Origin: Verrucomicrobiota bacterium
GTDB lineage: Bacteria > Verrucomicrobiota > Verrucomicrobiia > Limisphaerales > UBA9464
Direction of reading: 5' to 3'
Assembly (NCBI GenBank): GCA_025354845.1
Contig: JANXMD010000748.1
Coordinates: forward strand, 1 to 33,503
Length of the DNA: 33,503 bases
Each line of letters opens with the position of its first letter. Positions within the stretch are counted from its first letter, which is position 1. This document shows positions 16,077 to 24,665 of this stretch, piece after piece. The notes below the pieces were generated by a model. The model was given only the letters and a program-made list of their open reading frames with translations. It did not search any database and had not been told where the DNA came from. The position numbers and the translations under genes are program-made.

Positions 16077-17795
16077 TCAGGCCTGGAACAGGGCTCTCGA
16101 ACGACGGCCCACCAATCGGCGGGCCCCCGCGAGACTCACCGCGAGCAACCCCATGCCGAACAGACCCAGGGCGCAAGCCACTCCGGGCGCACCCGGGTCG
16201 ATGCGGCCCATCAACTGCCAGATTTGCTTGGTGATGGGATAAAACCGGTCGCGCTGGGCGAGGATGAGGCTGTCGCTCACTTCCAGCATGGCGAAGGCGA
16301 AGGTCAGGATCATTCCTGCCATGAGGTGCGCGCCAATCAGCGGAAGCGTAATGCGGAAGAAGGTGCGGACGGGCCCGGCGCCGAGCATGGCGCTCGCCTC
16401 TTCCAGTGCCGGACTCATCTGCTCGAAGCCGGCAAATGCGGCGCGCACCATGTAGGGCAGCCGGCGCACGGCGTAGCTGATCACCAGCAAAAAGGTGGGA
16501 TTGGTCCTGGGATCCAACCAGGCATCGAGCCAGGGATGGTGCTTTTCGTTGACCTCAAACCCGGCGAAATAGCCGAAGGCCAGTACCAGCCCCGGCACGG
16601 CGAGGGGAAGCATGGCGAGGGTGTCGAGGAGACCTGCCAGCTTACCCGCGCGACGGCTGACCAGCCAGGCGATCCCCAAACCGAGGCCCAGATCGAGCAC
16701 GCTGCTGAGACCCGCAAAAACAAAGCTGTTTCGTACCGATGAGGCAGTGAGCCCGTGGCGGGCCACCTCGCGGAAGTTCGAGAGTGTCCACGCGTCAGGA
16801 AGCGGGCTGAAGAACCAATGGCTGGAGAAGGCCACGAGGCCGACGGAGAAGTGCGGCAGCACAGAAACCGCCAGCAGCAGTCCGATCCCGCCCCAAAACA
16901 AGACGGTTCGAATCGGGCGGGCCACCGGCAGTGCCGGACGAGCGCCGCGCATGGGCGCGGGACGGGCGGTTGCGGAAGCGAATCGGCGGGTGGCGAGGAA
17001 GACGCCGGCAATCAGCCCAATAAGGGCCGCGACGAGCACGTAGCCCTGGGAACTGGAATTGAGATCGTTCAGCGAGTCGAAGATCTGCACCGGCACCACC
17101 CGGCTGTATCCGGTGATCAGCGGGGTACCGAGATCGGTGAGGGCTCCGATCCACACCACCGTGGCCCCCGCCATCCACCCCGGGCGAACCAGGGGCAGGG
17201 TGATGGTTCGAAGTTCTCGCCACGCCGACGCTCCGAGGCCGGCCGCGCTTTCGCGAAGCGACGGATCCAGTTGAGTCATCGCCGCAGAGAGAGTGAGAAA
17301 CAAAACGGGATAGAAATGCAGGACCTGAAGCAGGATGATCGCCGGCAGGCCGCCGGAACCCAGCCAGTCGATCGGCGCCTCTGGATTCATCCAGCCGTGA
17401 TGGATCAGAAAGAGATTCAGCGCCCCAAAACGGGCGAAGAGCTGCTGCAGGCCAATCGCGCCAACGAAGGGGGGAAGGAGGATTGGCGCCAGCAGGAGCG
17501 CAGAAAGCTGGGGTTTTCCCGCGAAATCCCAGCGGCTCATCGGCCAAGCCAGCCCGAGCGCGAGCATCGAAGCGAGGGCAACGGTCGTCGTCGCGATGAG
17601 GATTGAATTGAAGAATGCTTCGCGAAGAAGGGGGTTCTCGAATACCTGGGAGAGTGGGTTGACTGCCGTTTCCCCGGGCAGTCCGAAGGAATGCCGAAGG
17701 GTGAATCCGATGGGGTACAGGAGAAACACCGCGAAAAATGCCAGACAGGCGGCGGTCAGAATCGTTTCGGGGAGGCGGCGTGTCCTGCGAGGCAT
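16077..17795 (-). CDS. ABC transporter permease with two fused transmembrane domains (iron(III)/thiamine FbpB-ThiP type)
   Basis: It has two permease halves, each with an EAA-type loop (LRESAAGLGASAWRELRTITLPLVRPG and ALEEASAMLGAGPVRTFFRITLPLIGAH). The track ORF runs up to 18281, but that stretch lies antisense to a tRNA gene. I therefore prefer the ATG at 17795 (MPRRTRRLPETILTAACLAFF...). Confidence 0.8.
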   Translation of the reverse strand: MPRRTRRLPETILTAACLAFFAVFLLYPIGFTLRHSFGLPGETAVNPLSQVFENPLLREAFFNSILIATTTVALASMLALGLAWPMSRWDFAGKPQLSALLLAPILLPPFVGAIGLQQLFARFGALNLFLIHHGWMNPEAPIDWLGSGGLPAIILLQVLHFYPVLFLTLSAAMTQLDPSLRESAAGLGASAWRELRTITLPLVRPGWMAGATVVWIGALTDLGTPLITGYSRVVPVQIFDSLNDLNSSSQGYVLVAALIGLIAGVFLATRRFASATARPAPMRGARPALPVARPIRTVLFWGGIGLLLAVSVLPHFSVGLVAFSSHWFFSPLPDAWTLSNFREVARHGLTASSVRNSFVFAGLSSVLDLGLGLGIAWLVSRRAGKLAGLLDTLAMLPLAVPGLVLAFGYFAGFEVNEKHHPWLDAWLDPRTNPTFLLVISYAVRRLPYMVRAAFAGFEQMSPALEEASAMLGAGPVRTFFRITLPLIGAHLMAGMILTFAFAMLEVSDSLILAQRDRFYPITKQIWQLMGRIDPGAPGVACALGLFGMGLLAVSLAGARRLVGRRSRALFQA

Positions 17796-17923
17796 GCGGA
17801 CGGGCAGGATCTCCCCCGACGATGTCGTCGGCGAGCGGGAAGATGACCAACCTGGCGTCCGAGTTCGGATCACGTGTCGCTTGACGGTCGTCAGGTCGAT
17901 CAGCACGCTTCGGGCGTCGTTGG

Positions 17924-17997
17924 GCGGGCGTAGCTCAATGGTAGAGTTCCAGTCTTCCAAACTGGCCATACGGGTTCGATTCCCGTCGCCCGCTCCA
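17924..17997 (+). tRNA. tRNA-Gly (anticodon UCC) with encoded CCA
   Basis: Folded by hand as a 74-nt cloverleaf. Acceptor stem GCGGGCG/CGCCCGC, D arm GCTC-AATGGTA-GAGT, anticodon stem CCAGT/ACTGG with loop CTTCCAA (anticodon TCC). T arm ACGGG-TTCGATT-CCCGT, then discriminator T and CCA. Confidence 0.93.
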
Positions 17998-18141
17998 GTC
18001 ACGTTCAGTCCGCGTTGAGCGTTTTCCAATGCCAGGGTCTCGGCCCCGGCTGGAAATGAGAAGGGCGCGGATCGGCAGGTGCCGTCTGGTTTCAAATCGG
18101 CAGTCTCGGCGCTCCGTTCCTCCATACTTCCCTCTTCTCTC

Positions 18142-18357
18142 ATGCCTCCAATTCCTGAAACACCCGACGACGCGTCTCCCCCGAAGCCAAAGCATACGTA
18201 CCGCTCCGAGGAAGATCGTCCGAGTCGCGTGTTCCAGTGGGCGGTCAACCTGCCCGACAAGTTCACGGCGCGAAAGTTCAACGGCTACCAGCTGTTTCTC
18301 GTACTGCTGCTGGGCGGACTGTTCTACGTGCTGGTTCTGGAACGCTTTGGAGATTGA
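18142..18357 (+). CDS. small hypothetical tail-anchored membrane protein
   Basis: 71 aa from the ATG at 18142: MPPIPETPDDASPPKPKHTYRSEEDRPSRVFQWAVNLPDKFTARKFNGYQLFLVLLLGGLFYVLVLERFGD. The N-terminus is polar and Pro-rich, and there is one C-terminal TM helix. Third-position GC is coding-like in the second half. I recognise no family. Confidence 0.4.
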   Translation: MPPIPETPDDASPPKPKHTYRSEEDRPSRVFQWAVNLPDKFTARKFNGYQLFLVLLLGGLFYVLVLERFGD

Positions 18358-18423
18358 GTGACGTCCAGTGCGCAGCGTGTTTCGCCGCTTTTGGACTTTC
18401 GTTGATCCCTCATTTGGCGCAGG

Positions 18424-21400
18424 ATGCGACGCGTGGATTCCGTCACTGGCATGGGCGTCGGTTCTGGCGTCGGCAGTCTCAGTCCTCTTGGGGCCGATGG
18501 ATCGGCGATGATCCGAAAATTGTACGAGACGATGTTCTCCGCCCGGACGGTCGACCAGGTGGAGATGGAACTGGTCAATCGCGGCGAGGCCTTCTTTCAC
18601 GTTGGCGGCGCAGGACACGAGGCCAGCGCGGTGCTTGCGGCACATTTGGGGCCGCAGGATTGGCTCCACCTTCATTACCGCGATAAGGCATTGATGCTGG
18701 CCCGCGGGGTCTCGGCGGAAATGTTCTTCCACAGTGCGTTGTGCACCGCGGATTCGCATTCTGCCGGACGGCAGATGAGTGCCCATCTCAGCGCGCCGGA
18801 TCTTCACCTGCTCAGCCTCGTGGGTCCGGTCGGCAACAACGCGCTGCAAGCGGTCGGGGTTGCGCAGGAGGTTCGAAATCGAGCCGGGTCACCGGTCGTG
18901 GTTTGCTCGGTTGGGGATGGAACGAGCCAGCAGGGGGAATTTCTGGAGGCGGTGGCGGAGGCAGTTCGATCCCGCGCTCCGGTGCTGTTCTGGATCGAGG
19001 ATAACGGGTTGGCGATTTCAACCCACACCCGCGGTGCCACGCTGTACGATCTTCCCAGTGGACCCGCCTCTGAGTTTCTCGGGCTGCCCATTCACCGGCT
19101 CGACGGTCGGGATCCGCTGTCCTGCCTGCGGACTGCTGGGGAGTTGGTGGAATCGATTCGCCGGACCCGCGGTCCGGTGTTGGCCGTGTTCCGCGTCGAA
19201 CGATTGACGCATCACACGAATGCCGACGACGAACGGGTGTATCGAAGCGAGTCGGAGCGCCGCGAAGCTCGGACGGTGGCCGATCCGTTGTCGGCCATGC
19301 GCGCGGCGGTGCTGGGATCTGGGGTTGAGGCGCAGGAACTGGACGCACTCGAGGCTCAGTGGATTTTGAACGTCCGTGCCGCCGCGGAGCGGGCGTTGCG
19401 GTCCCCGAATCCGGCAGTCAACCTGGACGCACGAGCCCCCTTACTGCCCAACTGCGACGCGCGCCCCGAGCAGACGGGCGCCGGGCAGGCCGCGGATGCG
19501 CGTCGCACCACCATGCTGGAGGCGATGCGCGAGGTGCTTCGGCTTCGCCTGCACGCGGATTCACGGGTGACGCTTTCGGGACAGGATCTCGAGGATCCCA
19601 AGGGGGACGTCTTTGGGCTCACCCGCGGGTTGTCCACGACGTTTCCGGGACGCGTGCGAAATTCGCCCCTGGCCGAGAGCACGATCGTCGGGGTGGGAAT
19701 CGGCCGGGCCCTTGCCGGCGGTCGCCCCGTGTCCTGCATTCAGTTCGCTGATTTTCTTCCGATCGCCTTCAATCAGATTGCGAGCGAGATGGGATCGATG
19801 TTCTGGCGTAGCGTCGGCGGATGGCGCGTCCCGATGATCCTGATGGCGCCTTGTGGTGGCTATCGTCCGGGCCTTGGCCCCTTTCATGCGCAGACCTTCG
19901 AATCGCTGCTGGCCCACGTTCCCGGCATTGATGTCGCGATTCCGAGCAATGCGGGGGATGCCGCTGGCCTGCTGAATGCGGCGTTCGAGTCCGGCCGCCC
20001 GACCGTGTTTCTGTATCCCAAGGTCTGCCTCAACGACCCTTCCCTGGCCACGTCGGGCGATCTCGCCGGGCATTGGGTGAAGCCTGGCGTCGCGCGCCGG
20101 ATTCGTAACGGCAATGACCTGACTCTCGTCACGTGGGGGGGCACGGTTCCGCTGTTGTCGCGGGTCGTTGAACTGCTCCATGCGGCCGGAGTCCAGGTGG
20201 ATTTTCTCGATCTCCGAACCGTGAGCCCGTGGGATGCGGAGGCCGTGGTGGAAAGCTCGGAACGCACCGGTCGACTTTTGGTGGTGCATGAAGACAATCT
20301 CACCTGCGGGTTTGGCGCCGAGGTGCTGGCGACGGTGTTGGAACGGTCGAAGCGTCCGGTTCGCGCCCGACGCGTAACCCGGCCCGACACCTATGTTCCG
20401 TGCAATTATGTGAACCAGCTCGAGGTGCTGCCCGGAATCCGGCGGATCTTGCAGGCGGTCTCCGAGTTGTGCGGGCTTGAGGTCACCTGGGCTCCTGAGG
20501 CGGTTGCGGACCCTGGAATGTTTCTTTTGGAAGCCGTGGGATCGAGCCCTGCCGATCAGACCGTCGCGGTGGTGGACTGGAAGGTTCGCGAGGGTCAGTC
20601 GGTGACCGCAGGCGAGTTGCTCGCGGACTGCGAGGCGGACAAGGCAACCTTTGAACTGCGGGCCCCTGTATCGGGTGTCATCCGCGATCTTCGGGCGCAG
20701 GATGACCGCGTTCCGGTCGGCACCTTGCTGGCACGGATTGCCACTGAAAGGGCAGCGCCGGCGTTGCCCCGACGTACTCCGGTCGAGCCGGTACCGGCGC
20801 TCATCCGCAAGCAGCGTGTTCCAGCAGGTGGACCTCTGGAGCACGCGCCCACACCGTTGGCGGTGCCGGCCAGGATCGATGTTTCGGACTTCGTGGTGGG
20901 GATTGCCGCGGTCGCTGCCGTTCCTGCGGGTCGGATTGTGACCAACGCGGAATTGGTGAGGCGCTTTCCCGGCCGGACTGCGGCCGACATTTTGCAGCGA
21001 ACCGGAATTGAATCGCGACCACGGCTCGACGTCGGCGAATCGGTGGTGTCCCTCGCGGCGGCGGCGGCCCGAAAGGCGCTGCAGGAATCCGGACTCGAGG
21101 CCTCATCGCTCGACGCGATCTTTGTCAGTACGAGCTCCCCAGTCTCTCTCAGCCCGAGTCTCGCCTGCCTGCTTCATCATGAACTCGCACGAGACGGAGC
21201 CATTCGTGACCTGCCGGCGGTCGACCTCCTGGCGGCCTGTACTGGGTACCTCTACGCGCTGCAATCGGCGCATGATTTTTGCCGGGCGCGTCCCGGTGCA
21301 CGCGTGCTGGTGGTGACCGCGGAGGCCATGAGCACCTACACCGACCCGGATGATTTCGACACCGCAATTGTCTTTGCCGACGCCGCCACCGCGACTGTCG

Positions 21401-21855
21401 TGGTGGGGCCGTTGGCCCCGGGATTCAACCAGGCTCGAGCCCACCTGCATCGGCCGGTGCTCAGCGCCCGCGGCGAAGATGGCACCATCCTGAACCACGG
21501 GCGACGGGAGCATCCCGAGGTCAACATGGACGGGTTGAAGGTGTTCCCCATGGCGGTCCGGCAGCTGATCGCGCTCATGAAGCAGGCCTGCGAGGAATGC
21601 CAGGTGCCCATGGAGTCCCTCGAGTATATCATTCCGCACCAGGCAAACGGTCGAATTCTCGACGCGGTGGATCAACGGCTCCGCCTGCCTACCGGCCGAT
21701 TGGTCAATCGGGTGCGTCATCTCGGGAATTCCAGCAGCAGCACCATTCCCTTGGTTTTGGCGCAAATCTTGTCGGAATCCCCCGTGGGACGCGCCGGATT
21801 ATGCGCCTTCGGCGGTGGATTCACCTTCGGGGCGGCCATTTTGGAATTCCGTTAA
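18424..21855 (+). CDS. four-module fusion: 2-oxoacid dehydrogenase E1-alpha, E1-beta, lipoyl domain and FabH-type 3-oxoacyl-ACP synthase III
   Basis: A single uninterrupted 1143-codon ORF. E1-alpha spans about aa 29-330 (nt 18508-19413) and has the TPP motif GDGTSQQGEF...LFWIEDNG. E1-beta spans about aa 362-690 (nt 19507-20493: SPLAESTIVGVGIGRALAGGRPV, FADFLPIAFNQI, LRTVSPWD). The lipoyl domain spans about aa 699-773 (nt 20518-20742: VVDWKVREGQSVTAGELLADCEADKATFELRAPVSG, Lys codon 20641-20643). A Pro/Ala-rich linker covers aa 774-820. KAS III spans aa 821-1143 (nt 20884-21852), with Cys in DLLAACTGYLYAL (21238-21240), His in IIPHQANG (21637-21639) and Asn in HLGNSSSSTIP (21727-21729). The true start may be the ATG at 18508 (MIRKLYETMF). 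Confidence 0.85.
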   Translation: MRRVDSVTGMGVGSGVGSLSPLGADGSAMIRKLYETMFSARTVDQVEMELVNRGEAFFHVGGAGHEASAVLAAHLGPQDWLHLHYRDKALMLARGVSAEMFFHSALCTADSHSAGRQMSAHLSAPDLHLLSLVGPVGNNALQAVGVAQEVRNRAGSPVVVCSVGDGTSQQGEFLEAVAEAVRSRAPVLFWIEDNGLAISTHTRGATLYDLPSGPASEFLGLPIHRLDGRDPLSCLRTAGELVESIRRTRGPVLAVFRVERLTHHTNADDERVYRSESERREARTVADPLSAMRAAVLGSGVEAQELDALEAQWILNVRAAAERALRSPNPAVNLDARAPLLPNCDARPEQTGAGQAADARRTTMLEAMREVLRLRLHADSRVTLSGQDLEDPKGDVFGLTRGLSTTFPGRVRNSPLAESTIVGVGIGRALAGGRPVSCIQFADFLPIAFNQIASEMGSMFWRSVGGWRVPMILMAPCGGYRPGLGPFHAQTFESLLAHVPGIDVAIPSNAGDAAGLLNAAFESGRPTVFLYPKVCLNDPSLATSGDLAGHWVKPGVARRIRNGNDLTLVTWGGTVPLLSRVVELLHAAGVQVDFLDLRTVSPWDAEAVVESSERTGRLLVVHEDNLTCGFGAEVLATVLERSKRPVRARRVTRPDTYVPCNYVNQLEVLPGIRRILQAVSELCGLEVTWAPEAVADPGMFLLEAVGSSPADQTVAVVDWKVREGQSVTAGELLADCEADKATFELRAPVSGVIRDLRAQDDRVPVGTLLARIATERAAPALPRRTPVEPVPALIRKQRVPAGGPLEHAPTPLAVPARIDVSDFVVGIAAVAAVPAGRIVTNAELVRRFPGRTAADILQRTGIESRPRLDVGESVVSLAAAAARKALQESGLEASSLDAIFVSTSSPVSLSPSLACLLHHELARDGAIRDLPAVDLLAACTGYLYALQSAHDFCRARPGARVLVVTAEAMSTYTDPDDFDTAIVFADAATATVVVGPLAPGFNQARAHLHRPVLSARGEDGTILNHGRREHPEVNMDGLKVFPMAVRQLIALMKQACEECQVPMESLEYIIPHQANGRILDAVDQRLRLPTGRLVNRVRHLGNSSSSTIPLVLAQILSESPVGRAGLCAFGGGFTFGAAILEFR

Positions 21856-21940
21856 TCCTGTGGAAGGTGGACCGGATGGATTCCTTGGTCGCTTGCCTCC
21901 GACCTTGGCCATCCCCTAGGTTCCGCGCTCAATTCGAATT

Positions 21941-23179
21941 ATGGCGTTGCTCAACGAGAACTATCTCAAACTGAAGGCAGGGTACCTCTTTCCGGAAATC
22001 GGCAGGCGGGTGAAGGCGTTTACCGAGGCCAATCCCGAGGCGGCAAAACGGCTCATCCGATGCGGTATCGGCGACGTGACTGAGCCGCTGCCCCCGGCGG
22101 TTGTCGCGGCGTTGCATCGCGCCGTGGATGAAATGGCCCAGCGCTCCAGCTTTCGCGGCTACGGTCCGGAGCAGGGCTATGACTTCCTGCGCTCGGCGAT
22201 CGCCCAGAACGACTACCGCGCCCACGGTATCGAAATCGCCGATGACGAAATCTTCGTTAGCGACGGCTCCAAATGTGACTGCGGGGCCATCCTCGACATT
22301 CTGGGGGACCGGAACCGAATCGCCATCTCGGATCCGGTGTATCCCGTGTATGTCGATACCAATGTCATGGTGGGGCATACCGGCGCCTCGGACGCTTCCG
22401 GTGCCTACGCCGGGCTGGTGTATCTGCCGTGCACGCCGTCCAACGGATTCATTCCGGAGCCTCCGCAGGAAGCGGTTGACGTCGTCTACCTCTGCTCCCC
22501 CAACAACCCAACTGGGGCTGCGGCAAGTCGCGCTCAGCTCGAGGCTTGGGTCGCCTACGCGCTCAAGCATGGAGCGCTGTTGCTCTTTGATGCCGCCTAT
22601 GAGGCCTACATCACCGAACCGGGTGTACCGCATTCGATTTACGAGATTCCCGGTGCCCGGGACTGCGCGATCGAGTTCCGCAGCTTCTCCAAGAATGGCG
22701 GATTCACCGGCACCCGCTGCGCGTTCACGGTGGTGCCCAAAAGCCTAAAGGGTCGCACCGCAAGTGGCGACCAACTCCCCTTGCATCCCCTGTGGCTGCG
22801 TCGGATGACCACCAAGTTCAACGGGGTTCCTTATATCGTTCAGCGAGCCGCTGAGGCGCTGTACTCCCCGGACGGAAAGTCCCAGGTTCGCGATCTCATC
22901 CAGCACTACCTTGGAAACGCCGCGGTCTTGGTTGCCGGGGCTCGGGCCGCGGGACTCGAGGTCTTTGGGGGGGTGAATGCCCCTTATATCTGGGCAGCCA
23001 CGCCGGCCGGAATCACCAGTTGGCAGGCCTTTGATCGCATCCTGGGCGATGCCCACGTGGTTATCACGCCGGGAAGCGGCTTCGGTTCCAAGGGGGAGGG
23101 CTATTTTCGCGTCAGCGCCTTTAATTCTCGGGTGAACGCGGAGGAGGTCGCCCGCAGGATTCAACAGCTGAAGTGGTGA
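21941..23179 (+). CDS. dapL: LL-diaminopimelate aminotransferase
   Basis: 412 aa, starting [27 protein letters not shown]...[12 protein letters not shown], with the PLP lysine region [17 protein letters not shown]. Length and termini are typical of DapL. Confidence 0.9.
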   Translation: MALLNENYLKLKAGYLFPEIGRRVKAFTEANPEAAKRLIRCGIGDVTEPLPPAVVAALHRAVDEMAQRSSFRGYGPEQGYDFLRSAIAQNDYRAHGIEIADDEIFVSDGSKCDCGAILDILGDRNRIAISDPVYPVYVDTNVMVGHTGASDASGAYAGLVYLPCTPSNGFIPEPPQEAVDVVYLCSPNNPTGAAASRAQLEAWVAYALKHGALLLFDAAYEAYITEPGVPHSIYEIPGARDCAIEFRSFSKNGGFTGTRCAFTVVPKSLKGRTASGDQLPLHPLWLRRMTTKFNGVPYIVQRAAEALYSPDGKSQVRDLIQHYLGNAAVLVAGARAAGLEVFGGVNAPYIWAATPAGITSWQAFDRILGDAHVVITPGSGFGSKGEGYFRVSAFNSRVNAEEVARRIQQLKW

Positions 23180-23211
23180 CCTTTCCGGAATCACCGGGAA
23201 GGGGGATCAAC

Positions 23212-23247
23212 AAAAAACGGATCGGAGCTGTCTCCGATCCGTTTTTG
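23212..23247. terminator. bidirectional rho-independent terminator between convergent dapL and the DUF1501 gene
   Basis: AAAAAA, then CGGATCGGAG (23218-23227), loop CTGT, CTCCGATCCG (23232-23241), then TTTTTG. This is a perfect 10-bp GC-rich stem flanked by an A-run and a T-run, so it can work in both directions. Confidence 0.8.
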
Positions 23248-23273
23248 TATTTGAGGCCGACCGATTCAGTTCG

Positions 23274-24665
23274 TCAGGTGGTGAGCTGGCTGAGACGCCC
23301 GGTGCTATCGCCAAACCGCTCCGCCTGGACTCCCATTCGATCCAGCATCGAGAGGAACAGGTTGGCCATTGGAGTTTCCTTGGGAACGCGGATATGGCGT
23401 CCCGTCTGGATCGAACCACCGCCCCTTCCGGCCACCAGCACCGGCAGATTCTCATGGGCGTGGGCATTTCCGTCTGCCAACCCGCTGCCATACACGATCA
23501 TGGATTGATCCAGCAGCGTGCCCGAGCCCTCGCGGATCGATTTCAATTTGTTCAGGAAGTAGGCGAACTGCTCCATGTGGAAGCGGTTGATCTTCGCAAT
23601 CTTGGCTTTCTTCTCGGGATCATTCTGATGATGGGAGAGCGTATGATGCCCTTCGGGGACGCCAATCTGGGGATAGGCCTCGTCGCTGCCGTCATGTTTC
23701 ATGACGAAAGTCGCCACGCGGGTGGCGTCGGTTTGGAAGGCTAGCGCGAGGACGTCGAGCATCAGGCGGGAGTGGGGCGCGAAATCCGGACGGTTGCGGT
23801 CGTTCTTCGGGATTCCGGTCGGCTTTTGGAACCCTGGCAGGTCCTTGCCCGCGTTTTTCGCCAACTCAATCCGGCGCTCCAAGTCCCGAACCGAGGTCAA
23901 ATACTCGTCCAATTTTCGCTGGTCGGTCTTCCCTAGCTTGGAATTCAGCGAGCGTGCGTCTTCCAGCACAAAGTCCAGGATGCTCTTTTCAGCGCGTTCC
24001 CGCCGGATTCGGCGCTCCAGCGTCTCCTCGGGATTTGCAGAGGCGAATAGCCGATCGAAAGCGAGGGCTGGGTCCACTTCCGGAGGCAGGGGAGAGGAGG
24101 GTGTCCTCCAGGCGACGTTGAACGAGTAGGCACAGCTGTACCCGGAGTCGCAGTTTCCGGAGGTCTGTCCGCGGTCGCAGCCCAGTTCCAGGGAAGCGAA
24201 TCGGGTCTCCCGGCCAAGCCGCTGCGCGGCGACCTGATCCACCGAGACGCCGGCATGGATGTCCACGCCGTTGGTTTTGCGGATCCGGGTGGAGGTTAGC
24301 CAGGTCGCCGAAGCCCGGGCGTGATCCCCGGCTCCATCCATTTTGGCGCGGCCCGAATCTTGGGTGAGCCCGGAGAGGACGCTGAAGTCCGACTTCAGAC
24401 CCGCCAGCGGCTCCAAGATCGTCGGTAGATCAAAATCCGAGCCGACGGTCTTGGGAGTCCAGTCCGCCATGTTGACCCCGTTCGGCACATAGAGGAATGC
24501 CATGCGTCTCGGCGCGGATCCCACCGCGCCCGAAATGCCTGGGATGGAGGCGTCGGCCAACGATTCCAACGGCGAAACCGATTCCAACGCAGGCAGGGCC
24601 ATGAGTGTGCCGAGTCCGCGCAAAAACTGCCGCCGGGCCACAGGAAAGCTCTTGTTCATAGGCAT
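23274..24665 (-). CDS. DUF1501 domain protein (sulfatase/alkaline-phosphatase-like fold) with a twin-arginine signal
   Basis: 463 aa. The N-terminus MPMNKSFPVARRQFLRGLGTLMALPAL is Tat-like. The body has typical DUF1501 blocks (GAGDHARASATWLT, SGYSCAYS, FVMKHDGSDEAYPQIGVPEGHHTLSHH, IVYGSGLADGNAHAHENLPVLVAG). Confidence 0.85.
   Translation of the reverse strand: MPMNKSFPVARRQFLRGLGTLMALPALESVSPLESLADASIPGISGAVGSAPRRMAFLYVPNGVNMADWTPKTVGSDFDLPTILEPLAGLKSDFSVLSGLTQDSGRAKMDGAGDHARASATWLTSTRIRKTNGVDIHAGVSVDQVAAQRLGRETRFASLELGCDRGQTSGNCDSGYSCAYSFNVAWRTPSSPLPPEVDPALAFDRLFASANPEETLERRIRRERAEKSILDFVLEDARSLNSKLGKTDQRKLDEYLTSVRDLERRIELAKNAGKDLPGFQKPTGIPKNDRNRPDFAPHSRLMLDVLALAFQTDATRVATFVMKHDGSDEAYPQIGVPEGHHTLSHHQNDPEKKAKIAKINRFHMEQFAYFLNKLKSIREGSGTLLDQSMIVYGSGLADGNAHAHENLPVLVAGRGGGSIQTGRHIRVPKETPMANLFLSMLDRMGVQAERFGDSTGRLSQLTT

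Noticed and set aside
14765-16242. ORFs 14765-15526 (minus, 253 aa) and 15397-16242 (plus, 281 aa)
   Set aside because: Both overlap the 2xHKD gene in other frames or on the other strand. The HKD frame has two textbook catalytic motifs and the alternatives have none.
17796-18281. Upstream extension of the ABC permease ORF to 734 aa, and the 304-aa minus-strand ORF at 17935-18849
   Set aside because: Both read through the antisense of the tRNA-Gly gene; the peptide GDGNRTRMASLEDWNSTIELRPP is just translated tRNA. They also run into the E1 gene. Permease homology starts only after the ATG at 17795.
17924-18424. Looked for an integrase, att-like direct repeat of the tRNA 3' end, or other mobile-element signs next to tRNA-Gly
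   Set aside because: I found no integrase or transposase ORF and no repeat of the tRNA 3' half by eye in the flanking few kb. The flanking genes have the same composition as the rest of the window.
19561-20844. 427-aa minus-strand ORF inside the fusion gene
   Set aside because: It is antisense to the E1-beta and lipoyl modules, which have strong family signatures. Its composition is Arg/Pro/Gly-rich.
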